A DNA stretch of 64,000 nucleotides from assembly GCA_040954595.2 (NCBI GenBank), contig CM082596.2:5015849-5079848 (forward strand), written 5' to 3'. The notes under the pieces are model-generated. The model saw nothing but the letters and a program-made list of their open reading frames with translations. It searched no databases and had not been told where the DNA came from. Position 1 is the first letter of the stretch, and each line of letters begins with the position of its first letter. Below, in pieces: positions 25,101 through 37,100 of the stretch. This DNA is from Balanoglossus misakiensis. Lineage: Eukaryota > Animalia > Hemichordata. The translations under genes were made by a program, and so were the position numbers.

Positions 25101-28100
25101 CGCCCTCCTGGTCACCATCTTGCCCGGTTTCGACTGATCGCTGTCGTAGAAGTCGTCGATGTTCCACCTGTCCTTGGGTACTTCTGTCACTGTATCCCGG
25201 CCTTCACTGATGACCTCCCAGAAACCTTCTGGTGAATTCACTCCACCTGGCATTCGACAACCTATGCATGGAAAAATATAAATATGCTAGTGTTGAAGTT
25301 TTATAGAAAAGTCATCTTGACTTTGAACCCTACTGGCAGATCAAATCACCTACCTATCCCTGTGATTGCGATGGGAAATCCATAGGTTTCACTTTGCCCA
25401 GTAGTTGGACACTTGCTGCTTTCCCCTTTGGTGTCCTGTTGATGTAAAAATGAAATTAATATTAATTAGGAGGTGAATAGTGACTATTGAAATCTTTCTA
25501 CAATCAATGGAAAGATGTTTCTAAAAAGAGTAAATATACCTTGAAAATCCCTTATTTTAATTTTCTTCATAAACATAACACAGGGGCCATGTTGAATTTC
25601 ATATTTGAGACAATTTGTTACAAGTTTGCTATGTCATTCCAAATTTTGCAAAGTGATTCCTGATTTTATTAAAACGAGAACAATTCAAAGCAAAATACGA
25701 GAAAAAAAAAGTTTAAGACTGATATTGAGGCACGTTTTATCTCAATCATGTCGATCAATACCAAAAAGTAAAATACCTGTTTCAGTTGTTTTGCAAGCGA
25801 CCATTTTTCTCTGTCTTCCCTAGATGGCATCGTTGGTCTGAAGTATAAATCCTATCTGCAGGTTTTCAATGTGGAATTAGACTGGTTAGTGTAAAGAAAA
25901 AAAAGACACCCTTTTGGCTTCGTCATAATAACCAATGAACAGTGTTCCTTAATCCCCTGTTGTTTCGGAGACAATAACTCGAAAATGGAGAGGTTCACAC
26001 CATTATCGTTTTGTGTGTTACTGGTGCGCGATCTTCTTGAATGACGTCTGATTTTGTTCGTGACAAGACAACCAAATGCTTAGCAAAGTCCCAACATTGA
26101 AATAATAAGGATAGCAAAATCATGTTTGCGCATCATGAAAACTTGTGACAGTTTTAGTATCTGGTACGTCATGGATATTGTGAAAAAAATTCATTTGCCA
26201 GCTCGCGCTTACGAACAGAAAATTTACGCTTGAATCCTGTCACGTAACGGCCACACAGTGACCTTCAACAGTGACCTTCATGGGGGAAGTTCACCTTCAA
26301 ATCGGGTCATCAAAGATATCTAAAAATCCAATACCTACCTTTGGAAATTTTGGAAGGTTCCAGAAGGCAGCTGAATTGTCGTGTCGTATTCCCCCAAATA
26401 CTGCCTGTGAACAAAACCCACAGATTTTTAAAGTGACTTTCTTGAAACAACGCACTCGGCTACTTCTGTCTGATCATCCGCTCTCACGACGGGTGAAAGT
26501 CTTTCCGTCCTTTAACCTCTGGGCATGCATCCCATTTGCTGGTAGGGGTGTTTGGCTTGGGGTTGGGTATTCACCTTGTGTTTGTGGGCTCTGAGTGTGT
26601 GATAGCTAGTTGTGTTAGGTACCTCATTATGAATGGTAAAGCCTGAATATATGAGCAAGCATTTTCTTTTTGATCTCTAAGTAACCCAAGGCCATCTGTT
26701 GTTAAGTCAAGACGTTTAACATCAGTGTGACATGGCCCCATTCCAGCCAAAATGGGCCATTCAAATGGGCCATTCAAAAATTCTCATTCTTGTGAGCCAG
26801 GGTCTTCCTCCCGGAGACAGGAGGCTGGCTAGACTTGCTCCAAGTCTATGGGATGTGTAGGGAACGTGTCGACGCTACCCGAAACCCCAAGCTCAGTCGC
26901 AAATTCGAAACTCGCCTCACTACCAAAAACACGCTAAAGGCAAGCATGCACGCAAAAAGTATTGAAATTATTTATTAAGACAAAAAACCACCGAAAACAC
27001 AAAAAGTATTGAGATTTAAAAATCACCAAGCGACTAGTGGGCTAGTCTAGAGGCTGGCCTATTTGTCAGGGAATTCTTTTTTTATGATGAGTTATTCATG
27101 AGTTGGCAGGATAAGTTAATCGCCAGTCTTGTTGTGAAGTGTATCACCGGTTTTCATATGGTTATTAGCTATTGCTGTACGAAAAACGTTTGAGCGTGGT
27201 ATTAAAATGAGATGTTGATCTCTGTGTTGAGGGAACAGAAACCATTAAACGTGTATGAGTGTATAAAATAATAATAATAATTTATTCTCAGCCAATCTCC
27301 CTTGTATGACAGCTCACTCTGAGCTGTCATACAAGGGAGATGGGCTGTCCACCACATGGCCAAAGGTGTTGCTTTTCTGCTGGTACCTGTTGATACCAGC
27401 CCGGGCACACTGTTTTTCATCAATAGATCACCATGGAACAAACGCTGTTTCATAGTGTGTTCACACATGATATACTTGAGTCAGCCCAGGGCCACTTCTT
27501 GGCCGTACTCTTTAACAAGAGCAAACATTGCCGGTGGATGTTTTTAGTTTCTGCCAAATGTGAGCAAGGTTCCCGAGTGATTAGGGTAGAGCAATTTGTT
27601 TCTGGTCCTCCTCATTAGTTTGTTTTTCTCATCACATCCGTTGGCTTTCAAGAAATAAACCGACCCCTGGATGAATAAAATTCTGTAATTTTTTAACCCA
27701 AGGTAAATATTTTTGATGAAATTGATAGATGTGTGATTGTTGTGTAGAGGGGGGTTTGCATTACGCTCTTTCTCCCAACCTGTCTCTCAGTATCAACGCT
27801 TTAATCCAATTTAGAGCCAGACAAATTGGCTGTACACCAGGAGTACAGGCATTTATGACAGCAGAGATGTATACGGTGTTTGGTATGCTACATATTTGTT
27901 GCACGGGCCTGTCGATATGTCAACCGTTTACATGATTTGTTTCAACTTCGAAACTACAGCCGAGAATGCTTTTACTTCGGATTCTGTATGACATGTGTGT
28001 GCATGTCTAGAGTTTGGTGAACAATTGAAGCTAATCAAAGAAATGTTCACCAGAAGAGACAGACAGACAGACAGAGATGGAGGGGTAGGGAGAGATAGCC

Positions 28101-31100
28101 AGACAGTGACAGAGAGACAGGCAGACAGACAGATTGAGGGAGGGAGGGAGGGAGAGATATACAGGTTGGACAGTTAGATGGAGGGAGAGAGATTGGTCGA
28201 TTTTCAAGAAACAGACTGTCATGACAAAGGTGTCAGAGAGTACATTGTGAAATTATCTCCTGCAAGCACTTTTGGTTTGCGTGAAACTTGGACCGGTGGA
28301 TGACACAGGTACACAATGTACACATGTTTGGCTCTGTAACTGCAATCGTGTTATCAGTGGTTACAGCATATGTGATATAACAGTGATAATACCCACACTT
28401 CCATCATTGATAGATATCGAGGTCATGATCTTTCCTGTCATTACTATGGATTAGAGATTAAGTAATGGGGTCCAAAGATGGTGTGCACAAGCACGCGGGA
28501 ATGACAGACCCAAATATACGGACAGGCCTGTCCAGGGGCTTGACAACGTTTAGGCACGGCTGTAGTTGTCATGATCACTTATCGGCGTGGTTATTTGTGT
28601 ATATGGGTGTGTCACATTTGTGGGATGATAGTGGGCAATTGTTGCTGATTTAGTAGTTTGTGAGGATGAGTTGGGATGGTGATCATATGATGCTGATGGT
28701 GATGGTGATGATGATGATGATGATGGTCTTGGTGGTGGTGGTGGTGGTGAAGGAGATGATCTTGTGATAATGATGGCAGTGGTGGTGATCTTGGTAATGA
28801 TGATAATGATGGTCACTATGACCATGATCATAACTATCACGTCCTTGCCCTTGACAGTGGCCATGTTGCTAATTTTCTCCAACAAAGAAGGTCGACAGTC
28901 TAACGTTTTTGGTATGTGTGGGTGGAGCATTTCATGGGGTTTTGAATTCTGAGATGGTGAGAAGTGCCAGAGAGATGAAGCCAATGACAGCAATGAACAC
29001 ATCGCGTGCTGTCAAAGTCTACAGGCAGTAGTGAACCCACCCTAGATCTGTTGCATCGAACATGAGTCACGTATCTGTCACGTGTTTGAGGATGCAGAGG
29101 GTGTACATGTATAAGCTGAGCTCCACAAATTTATAGCCTACCTGTCGCATCTTTGACCCAGCTGTCTGGGTGGCTAAACTTTAGGATGCTATTTATTATC
29201 GAGCGGGACAGAGTTTGAGATAAGGCAGTCTTTCCTCAAAAACGCTTCTGACGAATGCAGAAGAACGCGAAAAATTGCGAGGTTCTGGAATATCACTTAC
29301 TGGACGTCATAGCGATTGTTCATGCACCCAGAGTGATAAAAATTAGGGATAATATCAGTTGTATGTCTGTCAAGATTTACATGTAGTTATTTTTAGACCC
29401 CTGGATCATAGCTGAGAGACTTCCCTCAGACCACTTTTGTGGATGTCATCGCCTGGCCCGCACCACTTCAGACGTTCCTGGCAACGTTATGCAATTAACA
29501 GGTGTGCGGTTTGCAGAGGGCCATTTTATCATTGTGGGCATCCGACATCCAAATACCAGTGTGTATAACTCATTGTGCTTATGTTCATCAAAATGTCAAG
29601 GATGGCGTTCCTCCGTTTATACGTATTTCCAAATTTTGATATTTACGACTGTAATGAGATTAGTTTTAGTACTTTAAAGGGACTTTTGACATTATTTTCT
29701 TTATATGGTGAACACCGATTATTCATTTTGGCAAGATTTTTACTCTCGTATCCTACAAACAGGATGGAAGTTGTATATGGTCGAACGTTGATTCACTATA
29801 TATCCACATGTATAATAACATAAATAGTGTCTTGTATCAAACATAATTAATGGAAAAAGGGCAGCGAGAGAGAGACTTTGAACCTTTAAGTTTTGAGTGG
29901 CTACAGCCTATCAGAAATGTCTACCCCTCGATTTGTTGCTTTTGAATGTTTGATATCATAAGTTCTGCTTTTTTACTTAAAAGAACATTGTTATGATGGA
30001 GTTGTCCATTTTTGGTGGAGTGTGGGTCACTTGGTAGCCCTCATCGAGTTTAGCGTTGAAGCGTTTTTCTGCCGAGAGATCGGATGTTCATGACATTCCT
30101 CAGTTGGGCAGCGCTGCAATCGTGCCTATTGTTCTTTTATTGTACCTGTCGGCCTTCTTTAGACAACTCTTGAGGAAGTCCTTGCCCTTGAAAAGTTCTC
30201 CAGATTGCGATAAAGGATTAGATTTGCTCTGTCCATGGGTCCTTGGATGTCAAACGTCAATACCTATTATATGCATGCCTTCTTCTCCAGCTTATGCTTT
30301 GATGTAAAATTGAGAATTCTCATCAAAATTCGCGAAAGATACAGATTGTAGATGTGCTGGATGTGTGAGTCATTCAAGTCGAAATCTGCAGAACTGCGCA
30401 CCTGGAGGGACGGTACACATAGCCCAGTTTGCGGGGTCACTCAGGGAACAGACGAAAAAGTTATTAAATAACCCGTAAGTAGGTGACAGCATGCCTATAA
30501 ACATATACCCCGCCTGTCAGCGTTTGTTATTATGTAACTTAGGATTCGTCAAAGTTCGAGTCGCGCAGAACCCTGCCAACATTTTGACTGACGGAGCCTG
30601 ATGTTGAACAACAGGGCTCTGTGGAGGTAGTGAGTGTGGTGGGTTTTTTTTGAGGTTCGCACCGGAGTATGGGAAACAGAATTGTCCGACTACGCAAAGT
30701 TAAATCCCTGCTATGGAGACTAGAGTTATTTTGGTTGAAGATATTAGACGACGGAAACAGCTCGTCGTCATAGATGAACACCAGGGTAGGTTTTTTCTCT
30801 CGACTTATCGCAAGAATAACGATAGCTGGTAACTGTTGTGGTTTTTAGCGCAGCGTTCTGGGTTTAAAGTCAGAGATCGCAAAGGTGTCGTAATTTCTGA
30901 AAAAAGATCAGGAGCCAGTGTTCGTCCATATAAGAGATTTGGTAATTATTGATGATGATCGTATCAGCAGCCTCCATTGTTACTAAGAAAACCAATAATC
31001 TGGGATTTGAATAGCCTTGTATAACGCTCACAGAGTTTTTCAGAAACTGCAGAGGGACCGAGCGAGAGAGACAGAAAAAAGAGAATGGTGGAGAGAGAAA

Positions 31101-34100
31101 GAGAGAGGGGGAGAAAGGGAGAGAGAGAGAGAATGAGAAAGAGAAAGACAGAGAGATGAGCGAGAGAGAAAGAAGGAGTGGGAAGCTTTTATATCAGATT
31201 CAAAATGCACACTCATTTAGGTTTCATAGAACATATCATCTAACTGTTCATTATCTAAATCAGTGGTAACATGTTTTTCCAGACATGATATCATCAAATG
31301 ATGAAGGTTAGCTGTGACATGAATAATGCAGCAGTGATTCATTCTCAGTCCAAAATAAAACAAAGATAACGGGGACAAGGTCAAATTGTTTTATTTTCAC
31401 CTGTTATCGTTTCGTGCGTTCAATTGTTCTGCACATTCAGTCCTACTGACTTGCTAGTTGTTTAGAACTAACACCATTCTTTGCGATTGTCTCTCAACAT
31501 GATACTAGGGCTAATTGTCAGTGATGAGGAAAATTCATGACAGGCTAGTCGTCACAACGCAAGATCACGTCTTTTACTGTTTGACTAGTCTAGAAATCTA
31601 TCCAGGTATAAGTTTCACCTATTACATAGCCCGAATTTTCTGGCACATTGGATTTTCAGACCACCTGTTGAGGAATACAAATTTGATTCTCAAGAAAGAC
31701 AACCATAGACAGTCATCTTCAAATAATTGAATGTAAGGTTTTTTATAGATGCAGCTTTAGAATACTACCCCATCTGGACTGTAACTTTATCCCCAATCAT
31801 TTGTAGATTATTACGATTGATTTTATACGGGATGTCACGATTTTGCGTTTTTCTGTGGGTGGCGGTAGTTTTCCCGGTAGGAAATCCAGTGTTTTTTGCA
31901 CAACCTGAAAACATTTGGCTGAGATAGAGAGAGAGAGAGGTAACAAACAGACTGACAGAATTTTGGCATTAATTGCACTAACTATGAGAAGGGTGAAATG
32001 GTTACAAGCTGGTGATGGGCACGAATAGATCAAGAATGCAGTATTTTTTTTGTATATTTACATAAGGATTTAGTACTGAACCAATAGGAAAGGTTCTAAT
32101 CAATCACATGACCGAATCAAAGGACAGACCACTTCCCTTTCTGGTCACATGACCAACTTTAATCCAATCAAAGTCAGAGCTCACGTCAGATGATGCCCTG
32201 TCTTGTAATGATGAACACCCTGGCATAAACATTCGCAGTGTCCATGCTGTGTTCATGTGGGACTGTCAACTTTGTGTTGTAGATGGCTCCAGTCCAATAT
32301 GCTTCGCCCATCATCAGGGGGCGGTGTCCGATAAACTAGCAAAATTGACTGGGGGTGCATGTACCAGTATGTACAGACCTACATGTCAGAAAGTTCTGAT
32401 ATTAAAAATCCCCGCAATTTGAACGACTCTTGAAATTCATTGAGTGCTGTCAAGTGAGACGTAGCCTATTCAGATTAACCCTTTTACCACCATCATTTGG
32501 TCCATATCCATATATGTCACTCAGTTGATGATGCATGGCTTTCCTGGCTACGACTTAGAACAGTCGTTTGGCAGCCTAGCAGAATTGTGCTACATTTGTC
32601 ACTTTGGATCAGTATTGATGAGTTCAGCATGTAAGCATGGTACGCTCGCCCATTCCACACACCTGGGACCAACGCTTAGCAGTGGTGCAATACAACCATA
32701 TTGTTGTTGTCATTTTTCTAGTGATTAAATGCTTTCGATAATAATGATTCTTTGGTGTGTTTTGAAATCGTATTACCTGTACTCTTGTCTGGGTGTCTCT
32801 GAAAGGACATCAATTGTGGTGTTTGGGGTAGTGAAAGTTTGACTAGCATCTGATCAAAAGCTATTGTTGATTTTATGTGCTGTGGAAATTCGCACGTAGT
32901 CCACCATTTGGACAAACACCTCCCCTCGTTCATTCGCCTCTAGGCGGCCACCATTGTATTGTTCCCGGTTGGAACAGATGTGGGGAACTGTGCCGTGGTA
33001 CGGAAGTCTTTCTCAGCACATTTGTATGCTTGGATAATAGTATATGCCTGGCGTGGAATTCTAACTCTGAGATACAAACAGCACATTTTGAAATGGATGC
33101 TGTGAATGATATCGGTATCTGGTCCGTGTTCAGTTCTTCGAGATAGACAAGCAAGGATTGGGTAGATCTTACATTGAATGGAGACTAGACATACTATTGA
33201 AGGGAGTGGTCGATTCACAGTCAGGGAACCAGGTCATGTAAGGGTCGGTGTACTTCTCAAAGTGAAGACTAATGATCTCAGGTACAGTACATTGCACTCG
33301 TTGGAAACTAAGTCGTCTTGAACTCAGTAACATCATTGGACAACAGCTTAGTGAAAGTAAGCATAGCAACACTGATCAAGCACACACGTGACAGAAATGA
33401 TATTCCAGTTATGGACAGATGCATGGACTCTGAAATCTCCTCACACCAGAGACTGAAATGTATATAGCATCCAGGACAGTGTCACCGAAATGCGGTTAAA
33501 TATAAAGTTCTTTGAGCTATTCCCATCAATAGCAATGTTTGCACACATCCACCCCATCATTATGCACAGGCACGCGTTCCCAGAATGCCTTTGAAGTCGC
33601 GGCCATTACGCGCGTGCGACGGCTCACGTAACTTGATGACACGGCAGGCTTTCTAAATGGTAGAAGACCATCATCAAAACAGAATAAGGTTTTCATTTGT
33701 AGTAACAGCCGGCCCACAAACAGTCAGTGTTTGTTGCACTAAAAGCACAGGCTTTTTGAACTCTCGGCCATCTTAGAACTGTGAATAATAGAACCCCAGA
33801 CGTAAAAGATGAATGAAAGGAGCTCATATTGATAGGAGTTTGATCTTATGATCTCGCTGTTAATAGGCAGACAAGTTCTCACTGTTTCGGAGGCTATTTC
33901 ACGTGCGAAAAAATCAAGATAATAAAGTGTGAATGTATGTACCTATGAAAACTTTTGAAATGAAGCCATCTGTAGTTCAGATGCAGGCTACAGTACGCTC
34001 TTTTCACGGCTGGGTGTTCACTATGTGAAAACATCACAGGCAGAAAACACCCATTGGGCAAAAACATCAAGTCGACTGTGTGCCACTGACAAAAGCAAGC

Positions 34101-37100
34101 TTAAGACCAAAATACCATGGTTATATGATCACTTGTTTTGCTGTTGAGGTGTGCATGTACTTTTGATACGTTCAGTGAACCACTGCGACTTATCCTCCAA
34201 TGGACCATTGCGACTTGTCCATATTGTGATGTTACTCAACCTCCGATCTTGAGGCCATTTTGTCGAAAGAAGGAAAACACACGGATGTTAACATTTTTGT
34301 GCTGTTTATGTCGATTGGACACTCAGGTCAGTGGGGGAAATTTCTTAAAGTACATGTATACTGATCAGAAATAGCCATTCCACACAATAACTTCCAACCA
34401 CCTGTTGATTCTAGCCTGCTTTGAAAGACAGCATCTGATTGGCCAAAGTGACTGATCATTCTATCCTGTGACCAGTGAGAAGTGATGTTTCTGTCAGCAA
34501 AAGAAAGGAGAAATTTTTCTGAAATTTTGGGACTTGTTTGCTGGGTTTTTAATGTCCAAACTTTTTTTCTATGAAAATGTGAATAATGTGTCTGTTTACG
34601 TGTGATTTATGTGTTTACAAACTTCAGAAATAGCTGAATTGCAAAATTGGAGAGAAAAAAGAAATCTAGTTTAGTACATGTCAGCTGGGACCACTGTTGG
34701 AGAAAGAGACAGTGTTTGTTCATTCATTGCTGGGTTACTGTTCTGTCATTCCTCCGAAAAGACTGGACTCGGTCAAAGTACGGACACTGTTGTTTTCTTG
34801 TGTTTTGATGATATCATGAGTAGAGCGAAGAGAATGAACAACTCCCATTTGTATATAGGTATGTGGACCAGAGTGTGATAAAGTGTCTAGCTTATGACCG
34901 GGTAATCCACAATGTCGCTGTGGTTCATTTCACACACGTCTATCACAGTGCCTGTCAGTTGCGCTTATGTTGTTTATACCAAAGAAGAGCGGTGATTAAT
35001 TCTGAAGACAATTTCCTCTGATTGTGTTTGGCAAGAAGAGCCTGTGACGTCCATGTAATCCACGATTTTGATCATTTCACTGGAATTTGGAATTCTTAAT
35101 CATCTATTAGCGATAAAACACTTTGATAAAACACTTGATATATTTCAGCGCTGCGTTTGTGTGACGTCAATGAAAGAAGGGACGATTAGGGAAGTGTTTT
35201 TTTGCAAGTCCTGTGTGCAACAATGGTGTTCTCAAGAAAGCTACTAATAGCAGTTTAATAGTCTGCCTGTTTCTCTGTAACATCAGGTATATTGACAACA
35301 GTTACCAACAATCAAAAAAACAATAGGAAAGTCACTCCGGAGGAACAGGATATTCTCAGAAGTGGATCTTTATTTGTAGATATAAATTTGAACTGCAGCT
35401 ATAAGGGGTCATACCTATTTCATCCCTGCTCCAGTTTGTGTACAAACAAAGATGATGTCATATCCTTGACTGGCTGCCCTCATACATCCTTTTGTTCAAA
35501 GGTCATTATGACTTCCACAGACACATAGACAGGTAAATGTCTGAGGGCGTTGACATTACCCTTCTCAGTTTAAAAAAAATTCCACACTGTGAGTGACAGC
35601 AAAAAAGATACCTTCTGTCATCAGGGTTGATTGGCCGAAGGTGCAGTGGTAAAGGATAAATTGTTTGTTTGGAAAAAGGTTTGTTTATTTACACTTAGTC
35701 CATCCATATGGTGAGGTGATTAGCTTTTCCCAGGTGAATGAGCCATATGATTCGTCCACGGACCATCACGGCTGTTATCTATGTCAATGACCAAAATGAA
35801 TTGTTTTTTCCCCTTTACCCGAAGTTATGCATTCAGAGAAACAGTGAAAGAAAACTGTAGGAAGTGTTGTTTTCTGTGTAAAGAAAACATCACTTGTATG
35901 TCGAGGTGGCTGCATGTGCGAGTGGTGCAGTTTTCAGTCGTAAACGTCTGTTTGTTTACTTACTGTCACAGGGATAAGACAAGTGAAGTGTGATAAATGG
36001 GGCAACAGTTTACACAGTCTGTGTTCATTGCACAGTTGAAAGTGTGGTTGAATGTTTTCCCCCCATGACTCCTCCCATCCAATTACGGAGATTTTCCCAC
36101 TGGCTGCAACCCCATGGAATAGCGCTCCCTCCAGCAGCGTTATCCGGGATAGTTATTTGTGAACACAACGAGTCAAAGACCCAGAAATGGATGCCGGCTT
36201 GTGCACGTAGGCACGGCACACATCAGTATAATTATTCAGCGTATCCCAGCCCCTGTTGTTCTGTGAGGTTACCTGAGGACAGACTGACTGGGCGCACACA
36301 GCCAATCGCTGTCACTATGCAAACGAGAACCCTTGTGTCACATGACCGCGGCTCATTACCATAACTTGTGTTTATTGGCTTGGTATCTCCGCTGGCCTCA
36401 GATGAGCTGTGGGTCTCACTGTCTGGTTTTTGTGAGTGTGTGCTGATGCGCTGCTTTGCTGCTGCTGTGACATAGATGCTCTCACCAGAAAACGGCCACA
36501 GCTAACACAACAGCCCCAAGATGTGTTTATTCTGCGTGAAAGATGCCAACGCCAACCCCGCAAAACCCCCGCTTGAAAATAGCACCGTGGTGTCAGAAGT
36601 AGAAGTGACCAATGTTTACGCGCAGGAAGATATTGTCGTTGATCTTCAGAATCGGACATGTCAGGTCAAACGAGGTAACACTTCAAAACTCTCATTTACT
36701 TGATTTATTTTACCCTTTTTGTGAATTTTGTTCAAATCATACTTATCTAAAAAACAGGGATTTTTTCTGCCCAGTATCTCAGAATCTTTTGCAGTATTTT
36801 TATATCTTCAAAAGAATGTTTGATGATCATGTTTCTGAAAGGCTTGGACTGTTCTTGATAGGAGATACATTAATCTCAGACTACATGTAACTGTTTCCAA
36901 AGTCTATCTAAATGTGATATAAATGACCCCGGTTATTTCTGTACCCAAGCTACTGTACATGAAAATTAAACTCCTAGGGTTAAAAAGCCAGCCCAGCCTA
37001 GATGTACGCTGACTTAGGGATGACTTTTATTAGAGGCAATGAAATTCTGCCATGAAAATTTAACAACTTCTGCATCACTACATCTGAAGTCTGATAACCA

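Noticed and set aside
17771-25830. PKS as bacterial/fungal contamination or as fatty acid synthase
   Set aside because: It has three spliceosomal introns and is embedded in a continuous animal gene. It lacks a TE, and its KS has PKS-type motifs (SPREAxxMDPQQR, GYVRSEG, DTACASS) resembling animal Pks1.
32700-33380. Cluster of short overlapping ORFs suggesting a decayed gene or retroelement
   Set aside because: Extending the 33169-33372 frame hits further stops within a few codons, and I recognise no protein motif in the listed ORFs. A BLASTx would be needed.
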